From a virus (taxonomy: Duplodnaviria; Caudoviricetes): a stretch of DNA of 58,854 nucleotides. This document shows, piece by piece, positions 44,559 through 51,709 of this stretch. The stretch spans positions 1-58,854 of the IMG/VR virus record IMGVR_UViG_3300042991_000497; one strand, 5' to 3'. The notes beneath the pieces were generated by a model. It saw only the letters and a program-made list of their open reading frames with translations, was not told the DNA's origin and ran no database searches. Position 1 is the stretch's first letter. Each line of letters begins with the position of its first letter. Position numbers and translations under genes: made by a program.

Positions 44559-44591
44559 TGCTATAGTGCTCTTACTGCAACACTTGTTGCA
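44559..44591 (+). promoter_or_regulatory. Extended -10 promoter and 16-bp operator heading the repeat-gene array
   Basis: TG-C-TATAGT at 44559-44567; TGCAACACTTGTTGCA at 44576-44591. Confidence 0.6.
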
Positions 44592-44626
44592 CCCGCCACA
44601 GCCTTCAACTCACTGGAGACCCAATC

Positions 44627-44974
44627 GTGAAGCTCCCCACTCTCAAAATGCTCGTGAAAGCCTGCGCAGACCAGCGCGCCGGATTCAAGCGTCTCTTCGG
44701 CGAGTCCGTCGGGATCACCGAGGCCCTCTGCGTCGAGCACGCGCACTACAAAGCCACCGGGCCCGCCCGGGACGCACTTGACGAGGCCACCGCGCTGGTC
44801 TGGGCCGCGCACTACAAAGCCATCGCGCCGGCCCGGGACCCACTTGACGAGGCCTGCGCGACGGACCAAGTCGCTGCGTACCGCAGAGCCCTCGCTGCGG
44901 CTCAGGGCGCGTACCTCGAAGCCCACGCACGTGCGGTCGCTCAAGTCTTCGGCTCAACGGAGAACCAATCGTGA
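44627..44974 (+). CDS. 11-aa-repeat paralogue 1 (internally deleted)
   Basis: Shares N-cap and C-cap with the family but lacks QVFDWxxAAEHLLAPAAR. Confidence 0.8.
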   Translation: MKLPTLKMLVKACADQRAGFKRLFGESVGITEALCVEHAHYKATGPARDALDEATALVWAAHYKAIAPARDPLDEACATDQVAAYRRALAAAQGAYLEAHARAVAQVFGSTENQS

Positions 44975-45474
44975 AGCTCCTCACTCTCAAAATGCTCGTG
45001 AAAGCCGGCGCAGACCAGCGCGCCGAATTCGAGCGTCTCTTCGGCGAGTCCGTCGAAGTCACCGAGGCCCTCTGCGTCGAGCACGCGCAGGTCTTTGACT
45101 GGGCTTGGGCCGCCGAGCATCTGCTCGCCCCTGCGGCCCGGGACGCGTATGACGAGGCCATCGCGCCGGTCTGGGGCGCACTTGATGAGGCCACCGCGAC
45201 GGCCCGGATCGCATATGACGAGGCCATCGCGACGGCCTGGGCCGTGTATGGCGGGGCCATCGCACCGGCCCGGGACGCGTATCACGAAGCCACCGCGCCG
45301 ACCTGGGCCGCGTACCAAGCAGCCATCGCGCCGGCCCGGATCGCGCTCAACGAAGCCACCGCGACGGCCCGGGCCGCGCGCGACGAAGCCACCGCGACGG
45401 CCCAGGGCGCGTTCAGCGAAGCCCTCGCCCGCGCGTTCGCACAAGCCTTCAACTCAACGGAGAACCAATCGTGA
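44971..45474 (+). CDS. 11-aa-repeat paralogue 2 (8 repeats)
   Basis: 57 + 8x11 + 22 = 167 aa. Confidence 0.9.
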   Translation: MKLLTLKMLVKAGADQRAEFERLFGESVEVTEALCVEHAQVFDWAWAAEHLLAPAARDAYDEAIAPVWGALDEATATARIAYDEAIATAWAVYGGAIAPARDAYHEATAPTWAAYQAAIAPARIALNEATATARAARDEATATAQGAFSEALARAFAQAFNSTENQS

Positions 45475-46040
45475 AGCTCCTCCCTCTCATCGTGCTCACG
45501 AAAGCCCGCGCAGACCAGCGCGCCGGATTCAAGCGTCTCTTCGGCAAGTCCGTCGAAGTCACCGAAGCCATCTGCGTCGAGCACGCGCAGGTCTTCGACT
45601 GGGGTGGGGCCGCCGAGCACCTGCTCGCCCCTGCGGCCCGGGCCATGTATGACGAGGCCATCGCGCCGGCCTGGGGCGCACTTGATGAGGCCACCGCGAC
45701 GGCCCGGATCGCGTACCGCAAAGCCATCGCGCCGGCCCGGGCCGCGCTCAACAAAGCCACCGCGATGGCCTGGGCCACGTATCTCGAAGCCACCGCACCG
45801 GCCTGGGCCGCGCTCAACAAAGCCACCGCGCCGACCCGGGCCGCGTACCGCAAAGCCACCGCGCCGACCTGGGCCGCGTACCGCGCAGCCATCGCGCCGG
45901 CCCGGGCCGCGCTCAACGAAGCCACCGCGACGGCCCGGGCCGCGCTCAACAAAGCCACCGCGACGGCCCAGGGCGCGTTCAGCGAAGCCCTCGCCCGCGC
46001 GTTCGCACAAGCCTTCAACTCGACGGAGAACCAATTATGA
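45471..46040 (+). CDS. 11-aa-repeat paralogue 3 (10 repeats)
   Basis: 57 + 10x11 + 22 = 189 aa. Confidence 0.9.
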   Translation: MKLLPLIVLTKARADQRAGFKRLFGKSVEVTEAICVEHAQVFDWGGAAEHLLAPAARAMYDEAIAPAWGALDEATATARIAYRKAIAPARAALNKATAMAWATYLEATAPAWAALNKATAPTRAAYRKATAPTWAAYRAAIAPARAALNEATATARAALNKATATAQGAFSEALARAFAQAFNSTENQL

Positions 46041-46474
46041 AAACCCTCACTCTCAAAATGCTCGTGAAAGCCGGCGCGGGCCAGCGCGCCGAATTCAAGC
46101 GTCTCTTCGGTGAGTCCGTCGAGATCACCGAAGCCATCTGCGTCGAGCACGCGCAAGCTTTCTACTGGGGTGGGGCCGCCGAGCACCTGCTCGCCCCTGC
46201 GGCCCGGGCCACGTATCGCGGAGCCACCGCACCGGCCCGGGCCACGTATCGCGAAGCCACCGCACCGGCCTGGGCCACGTATCGCGAAGCCACCGCGACG
46301 GCCTGGGCCGTGTATGGCGATGCCATCGCGCCGGCCCGGGCCGCGTGTCTCGAAGCCACCGCGCCGGCCTGGGCCACGTATCTCGAAGCCACCGCGCCGG
46401 CCCGTGCTGCGTATAGCGAAGCCCTCGCCCGCGCGTTCGCGCAAGCCTTCAACTCGACGGAGAACCAATCATGA
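46037..46474 (+). CDS. 11-aa-repeat paralogue 4 (6 repeats)
   Basis: 57 + 6x11 + 22 = 145 aa. Confidence 0.9.
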   Translation: MKTLTLKMLVKAGAGQRAEFKRLFGESVEITEAICVEHAQAFYWGGAAEHLLAPAARATYRGATAPARATYREATAPAWATYREATATAWAVYGDAIAPARAACLEATAPAWATYLEATAPARAAYSEALARAFAQAFNSTENQS

Positions 46475-47079
46475 AAACCCTCACTCTCAAAATGCTCGTG
46501 AAAGCCGGCGCGGGCCAGTGCGCCGAATTCGAGCGTCTCTTCGGCAAGTCCGTCGAAGTCACCGAGGCCCTCTGCGTCGAGCACGCGCAAGCTTTCTACT
46601 GGGGTGGGGCCGCCGAACACCTGCTCACGCCTGCGGCCCGGGCCACGTATCGCGAAGCCATCGCGCCGGCCTGGGCCACGTATCGCGAAGCCACCGCGCC
46701 GGCCTGGGCCGCGTATCTCGCAGCCATCGCGCCGGCCCGGGCCGTGTATGACGAGGCCACCGCGACGGGCTGGGCCGCGTTCAACGAAGCCATCGCGCCG
46801 GCCCGGGCCGCGCTCAACGAAGCCACCGCGACGGCCCGGGCTGCGTTCAACAAAGCCACCGCGACGGCCCGGGCTGCGTTCAACAAAGCCATCGCGCCGG
46901 CCCGGGCCGCGCTCAACGAAGCCATCGCGCAGGCCTGGGCCGCGTATGACGAGGCCATCGCGCCGGCCCGGGCCGCATTTGACGAGGCCCAAGCCCGCGC
47001 GTTCGCTCGCGCTTACGCCCTAACCCCTAACCCCAAACGTAAAGGAACCGACACCACCATGAAAGCCGTGATTAGCTGA
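46471..47079 (+). CDS. 11-aa-repeat paralogue 5 (10 repeats, altered tail)
   Basis: 57 + 10x11 + 35 = 202 aa. Confidence 0.9.
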   Translation: MKTLTLKMLVKAGAGQCAEFERLFGKSVEVTEALCVEHAQAFYWGGAAEHLLTPAARATYREAIAPAWATYREATAPAWAAYLAAIAPARAVYDEATATGWAAFNEAIAPARAALNEATATARAAFNKATATARAAFNKAIAPARAALNEAIAQAWAAYDEAIAPARAAFDEAQARAFARAYALTPNPKRKGTDTTMKAVIS

Positions 47080-47198
47080 CCCCACAGCCGCGCGAGAGAC
47101 CTTGACGGGGGCGCGCCATTGCCGTCGCAGCGGGCGCCCTTGACGATTCTGACTTGATCGAAGCCTGACCCTCTAACCTCAACCGTAAAGGCCACAAA

Positions 47199-47588
47199 AT
47201 GAACTTCCCCTCAATCAACATCGGCGACGAGCTGACCTGCGCCGAAACAGGAAAGCAATTCATCGCCGCACCGCAAGGCTGCACATTCAACTACGCGCGC
47301 ACACTCGCGGGCGAAATACTCAGTGATGATGGCGCGAGCATTCGCGAGAAACGCGCCCTTCTCGACCGCGCTTCGCCTTTTTACTGCTATGTATCCGGCG
47401 ACGCCCTGCACGTCACGGATTGGAAAGGCAACACGCTGGGGCGGGTATCTGAATACCGCGAGAGTCGAAATGGGTTTCACCGCTCGACGATCGCCAGGTT
47501 CCGTGTACGCGACGTGCACGGGCAACTGTGGTCTGGCCGCGGTCCGGGCCGCAGTATGTGTTGTGTTTTGCGTGCCATGAAGGGGTAA
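47199..47588 (+). CDS. Hypothetical protein inserted in the array
   Basis: SD aaagg; non-repetitive 129 aa; ends RAMKG. Confidence 0.75.
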   Translation: MNFPSINIGDELTCAETGKQFIAAPQGCTFNYARTLAGEILSDDGASIREKRALLDRASPFYCYVSGDALHVTDWKGNTLGRVSEYRESRNGFHRSTIARFRVRDVHGQLWSGRGPGRSMCCVLRAMKG

Positions 47589-47594
47589 CCAATC

Positions 47595-48089
47595 ATGAAA
47601 ACCCTCACTCTCAAAATGCTCGTGAAAGCGGAAGCCCGCGCGGGCCAGCGCCGCGCATTTGTCCGCCTTTTCGGCGAGTCCGTCGATGTCACCGAGGCCC
47701 TCTGCGTCGAGCACGCACGGGTTTTTGACTGGGACGGGGCCGCCGAGCATCTGCTCGCCCCTGCGGCCCGGGCCGCGTACAACGCAGCCACCGCGAGGGC
47801 CTGGGCCGCGCTCAAAAAAGCCACCGCGCCGGCCCGGGCCGCGTATGGCGAGGCCACCGCGCCGGCCTGGGCCGTGTACAGCGCAGCCACCGCGAGGGCC
47901 CGGATCGCGCATGACGAGGCCACCGCGACGGTCCGGGCCGCACTTGACGAGGCCATCGCGCTGGCCTGGGCCGCGCTCACCGAAGCCATCGCGACGGCCC
48001 GGGCCGCGTACCGCGCAGCCATCGCGCCGGCCCGGGCCGCGTACCTCGAAGCCCAAGCCCGCACGTTCGCACAAGCATTCAACCTCTAA
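47595..48089 (+). CDS. 11-aa-repeat paralogue 6 (8 repeats)
   Basis: 59 + 8x11 + 17 = 164 aa. Confidence 0.9.
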   Translation: MKTLTLKMLVKAEARAGQRRAFVRLFGESVDVTEALCVEHARVFDWDGAAEHLLAPAARAAYNAATARAWAALKKATAPARAAYGEATAPAWAVYSAATARARIAHDEATATVRAALDEAIALAWAALTEAIATARAAYRAAIAPARAAYLEAQARTFAQAFNL

Positions 48090-48146
48090 CCTCTAACCTC
48101 TAACCTCTAACCTCTAACCTCTAACCTCTAACCTCTAACCTCTAAC
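48081..48146. repeat. Perfect heptamer repeat (TAACCTC)x8 plus partial copies
   Basis: Full copies from 48087 to 48142. Confidence 0.95.
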
Positions 48147-48165
48147 GCTCCCTAACACCCACGCC

Positions 48166-48636
48166 ATGAGCACCCCCACCATGAACACCCCCACCATGAA
48201 CACCCCCACCATGAACACCCCGAAGACAGAAACGGAACAATTCGAGCACCACGCAGCACGCGCGTTTTTCGCGAGCGCCTGGGCCGACGCGTGCGAAGAA
48301 GCCGGGAGCGGGGATATCCTTTCGGGGCAAAAAATAATGAACATCATGCCTGTCACTATCGACCCCGCGGCTACCCATGCCGCCCGCATTCTGCGAATGG
48401 ATATCGAGCGCGTCAATGGCCAGACCATCCCTCAGTTGTTGGCTTTCGTGGCGTCGGCTGCCGCAGGCGACCGCGCACCGACGGCCGAATTCTTTGGCCA
48501 CTACGCCGCGATGCGAGCAATGGGGCATGGTGTCGGTCTGCGAGACGCATTCGGTGCCGAAGTCGACGCGGCTATCTCTGTGCCCTCCGTCGAGTTCGGT
48601 TCGCACTCACTGCAGCGCGACTACTTCGTTCTCTAA
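48166..48636 (+). CDS. Hypothetical protein with (MNTPT)n N-terminus
   Basis: 156-aa ORF; FGHY.AM.AMGHGVG motif. Confidence 0.75.
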   Translation: MSTPTMNTPTMNTPTMNTPKTETEQFEHHAARAFFASAWADACEEAGSGDILSGQKIMNIMPVTIDPAATHAARILRMDIERVNGQTIPQLLAFVASAAAGDRAPTAEFFGHYAAMRAMGHGVGLRDAFGAEVDAAISVPSVEFGSHSLQRDYFVL

Positions 48637-48662
48637 CCCCTAACCTCAAACATCAACCCGCT

Positions 48663-48809
48663 ATGTCCTACCATCAATTTGCCGCCGCTTACTTCCACGC
48701 CGGCCGTGCCTGGGCTATCGCCTGTGCAATCGAGTTCGGTGTACCCCTCTTCACCACACTGTGCTACGTGCGCAAAATATGCGCGACCGAGCGTGCCATG
48801 AAGGGGTAA
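48663..48809 (+). CDS. Small hypothetical protein (48 aa)
   Basis: MSYHQFAAAY..RAMKG*, the 3' part of ORF 48291..48809. Confidence 0.5.
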   Translation: MSYHQFAAAYFHAGRAWAIACAIEFGVPLFTTLCYVRKICATERAMKG

Positions 48810-48815
48810 CCAATC

Positions 48816-49256
48816 ATGAAAATCACCCACCCAATGCTCGTGAAAGCGAAAGCCTGCGCGGGCCCGCGCGCCGAATTCAAGCGTCTCTTCGGCAAGTCCG
48901 TCGAAGTCACCGAGGCCCTCTGCGTCGAGCACGTGCAAGTTTTTGACTGGGGTGGGGCCGCCGAGCACCTGCTCGCCCCTGCGGCCCGGGCCGCGTATGA
49001 CGAGGCCACCGCGACGGCCTGGGCCACGTACAACGCAGCCATCGCGCCGGCCCGGGCCGCGTACAACGCAGCCACCGCGACGGCCCGTGCTGCGCTCAAC
49101 AAAGCCACCGCGATGGCCTGGGCCGCGTATCTCAAAGCCACCGCACCGGCCTGGGCCACGTATCTCGAAGCCACCGCACCGGCCTGGGCCACGTATCGCG
49201 AAGCCCGCGCACGTGCGTTCGCCCAAGCCTTCAACTCGACGGAGAACCAATCATGA
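48816..49256 (+). CDS. 11-aa-repeat paralogue 7 (6 repeats)
   Basis: 58 + 6x11 + 22 = 146 aa. Confidence 0.9.
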   Translation: MKITHPMLVKAKACAGPRAEFKRLFGKSVEVTEALCVEHVQVFDWGGAAEHLLAPAARAAYDEATATAWATYNAAIAPARAAYNAATATARAALNKATAMAWAAYLKATAPAWATYLEATAPAWATYREARARAFAQAFNSTENQS

Positions 49257-50281
49257 AAACCCTCACTCTCAAAATGCTCGTGAAAGCGAAAGCCCGCGCA
49301 GACCAGCGCGCCGAATTCGAGCGCCTCTTCGGCAAGTCCGTCGAAGTCACCGAGGCCCTCTGCGTCGAGCACGCGCAGGTCTTTGACTGGGCTTGGGCCG
49401 CCGAACACCTGCTCGCCCCTGCGGCCCGGGACGCACTTGACGAGGCCTGCGCGACGGCCTGTGCCGCGTACAACGCAGCCATCGCGCCGGCCCGGGCCGC
49501 GTGTGGCGAGGCCATCGCGCCGGCCCGGGCCGCGTATGACGAGGCCACCGCGACGGCCTGGGCCACGTGCACCGCAGCCACCGCACCGGCCTGGGCCGCG
49601 TTCAGCGAAGCCACCGCGGCGGCCCGGGACGCACTTGACGAGGCCACCGCGACGGCCGGGGGCGCACTTGACGAGGCCTGCGCGACGGCCCGGGCCGCGT
49701 ATGACGAGGCCTGCGCGACGGCCCGGGGCGCGCTCAACGAAGCCACCGCGCCGGCCCGGGCCGCATTTGACGAGGCCCTCTGCGCCGAGCACGTGCCGGT
49801 CTTCGACTGGGCTTGGGCCGCCGAACACCTGCTCGCCCCTGCGGCCCGGGACGCACTTGACGAGGCCACCGCGACGGCCCGGGCCGCGTTCAGCGAAGCC
49901 ATCGCGCCGGCCCGGGCCGCGCTCAACGAAGCCACCGCGACGGCCTGGATCGCGTATGACGAGGCCACCGCACCGGCCCGGGCCGCGCATGGCGAGGCCA
50001 CCGCGACGGCCCGGGCCGTGTATGACGAGGCCACCGCGACGGCCCGGGCCGCACTTGACGAGGCCACCGCGACGGCCTGGGCCGCACTTGACGAGGCCTG
50101 CGCGCCGGCCCAGGCCTCGTATGGCGAGGCCATCGCGACGGCCCGGGCCGCGTACACCGCAGCCACCGCGACGGCCCGGGCCGCATATGACGAAGTCATC
50201 GTGCCGGCCCTGGCCACGTACAGCACAGCCCTCGCCCGCGCGTTCGCACAAGCATTCAACTCAACGGAGACCCAATCATGA
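49253..50281 (+). CDS. 11-aa-repeat paralogue 8 (fusion of two units, 10 + 11 repeats)
   Basis: 59 + 110 + 30 (internal partial N-cap) + 121 + 22 = 342 aa. Confidence 0.9.
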   Translation: MKTLTLKMLVKAKARADQRAEFERLFGKSVEVTEALCVEHAQVFDWAWAAEHLLAPAARDALDEACATACAAYNAAIAPARAACGEAIAPARAAYDEATATAWATCTAATAPAWAAFSEATAAARDALDEATATAGGALDEACATARAAYDEACATARGALNEATAPARAAFDEALCAEHVPVFDWAWAAEHLLAPAARDALDEATATARAAFSEAIAPARAALNEATATAWIAYDEATAPARAAHGEATATARAVYDEATATARAALDEATATAWAALDEACAPAQASYGEAIATARAAYTAATATARAAYDEVIVPALATYSTALARAFAQAFNSTETQS

Positions 50282-50853
50282 ACACCCTCACTCTCAGTGT
50301 GCTCCCGAAAACGAAAGCCTGCGCGGGCCAGCGGGCCAAATTCGCCCGACTTTTCGGCGAGTCCGTCGAGATCACCGAAGCCATCTGCGTCGAGCACGCG
50401 CAGGTCTTCGACTGGCCGGGGGCGGCCGACTATCTACTCACGCCTGCGGCCCAGGCCGTGTATGGCGAAGCCAGCGCGCCGGCCTGGGCCACGTATCGCG
50501 AAGCCACCGCGACGGCCCGGATCACGGACCGCAAAGCCATCGCGGCTGCCTGGGTCGCGCACGGCGTAGCCACCGGGCCGGCCTGGGCCACGTACCGCAA
50601 AGCCTGCGCGGCGGCGCGGGCCGCGTACCTTGAAGCCACCGGGCCGGCCTGGGCCACGTACCGCAAAGCCACCGCGCCGGCCCGGGCCGCGCTCAACGAA
50701 GCCACCGCGACGGCCCGGGCTGCGTTCAACAAAACCACCGCGACGGCCCGGGCTGCGTTCAACAAAACCACCGCGCCGGCCCGGGCCGCGCTCAACGAAG
50801 TCCGCGCACGTGCGTTCGCTCAAGCCTTCAACTCACTGGAAAACCAATCATGA
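50278..50853 (+). CDS. 11-aa-repeat paralogue 9 (10 repeats)
   Basis: 59 + 10x11 + 22 = 191 aa. Confidence 0.9.
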   Translation: MNTLTLSVLPKTKACAGQRAKFARLFGESVEITEAICVEHAQVFDWPGAADYLLTPAAQAVYGEASAPAWATYREATATARITDRKAIAAAWVAHGVATGPAWATYRKACAAARAAYLEATGPAWATYRKATAPARAALNEATATARAAFNKTTATARAAFNKTTAPARAALNEVRARAFAQAFNSLENQS

Positions 50854-51014
50854 AGAAGCCCCAAAAGCAACACCGCCCCACAACACGCGCGCCACACGGA
50901 GAGCAACGATTTCCGACGCGCATCGCGGCATGTGTGACCCCCGAGCAGAAACGCAAGTTCCATCGGCGTGGTGGGAGTGCCTGGCTGCGCGGATTGATTC
51001 AGGCAGCCCCCTAA
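50850..51014 (+). CDS. Small basic ribbon-helix-helix-like protein (54 aa, absent from the ORF track)
   Basis: ATGA overlap; MKKPQKQHRP..RIAACVTPEQKRKFHRRGGSAWLRGLIQAAP*. Confidence 0.6.
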   Translation: MKKPQKQHRPTTRAPHGEQRFPTRIAACVTPEQKRKFHRRGGSAWLRGLIQAAP

Positions 51015-51044
51015 CCTTTCACCCTAACCCCAAGGAGAAACCCC

Positions 51045-51368
51045 ATGAATGAACTCCGCCTACTCCACCTACTCGCGGCTTGCAAAGCGCTGTTGCGCGT
51101 CCATCCCTTCGGCCGCGAGGCCGAGGAAGTCAAAGAGGCCGTGCGCCAAATAGAGAATCCGCGTGTGTCTGAAAGGATCGAAGCCTTGTTGTCCTGCACG
51201 AACATCTCGGCCCCTGACCGCTCCCTGTGCGTGGAGTGGGCCGAACAAGCCAAAAATACCGAAACCGCGCTACTGACACTGCTGGACTGCCCAGACTTGC
51301 ACATGGACAACCTCGAAAAGGAAACCCGCAGCGCAATCGAGCGGGCCCGAAAAGTGCTCGGCATCTAG
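51045..51368 (+). CDS. Hypothetical protein
   Basis: SD aaggag plus ATG. Confidence 0.7.
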   Translation: MNELRLLHLLAACKALLRVHPFGREAEEVKEAVRQIENPRVSERIEALLSCTNISAPDRSLCVEWAEQAKNTETALLTLLDCPDLHMDNLEKETRSAIERARKVLGI

Positions 51369-51709
51369 CATGCAACTTTTTACGTGTTGTATTTACTAAG
51401 GGTTAACCCTTAGATTCGGCACGTAATTCCTTGCAATTCTGCCTCTTTTTTAAGCACTGTCACCCCTGTCACCCCTTGGCACCCCTGTTTCCTATAAAGG
51501 CACGGACGCACACGCGCTCACCGCGCCGGCGCATCGCGCACGCGCCTTCTCTATAACTTTATTTTTTAATTAGGATAAGTATAAGAACAGGGGTGACAGG
51601 GGTGACAGCACCGTAACCTGTTGATTTTGAACAGAAATATGCTGTCACCCCTCCCGGCTACTCAGGGGTGACAGGGGTGACAGGGGTGACAGGGGTGACA
51701 GGGGTGGCA
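51369..51709. other. Putative replication origin
   Basis: AT-rich tracts, 18-bp palindrome CTAAGGGTTAACCCTTAG (51396-51413), and 9-bp CAGGGGTGA iterons in both orientations at the end of the primase-helicase gene. Confidence 0.6.

Noticed and set aside
48081-48146. Real telomere or eukaryotic contamination
   Set aside because: Internal, short, flanked by phage-style genes, and the motif recurs locally at gene boundaries.
44715-50823. Many long antisense and alternative-frame ORFs (RGPGRRGG..., RPPRRPGP...)
   Set aside because: Stop-free by-products of GC-rich 33-bp repeats; only the Ala-rich frame has SD sites and coupled starts.
44627-50853. CRISPR array (33-bp periodicity)
   Set aside because: Units are contiguous, degenerate and protein-coding with no unique spacers; the only Cas4-like gene belongs to the ordinary phage replication module.
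51396-51413. Protelomerase (telRL) site of a linear plasmid prophage
   Set aside because: The palindrome is only 18 bp and no protelomerase or partition genes are recognisable; the recombinase looks like an ordinary arm-type integrase.
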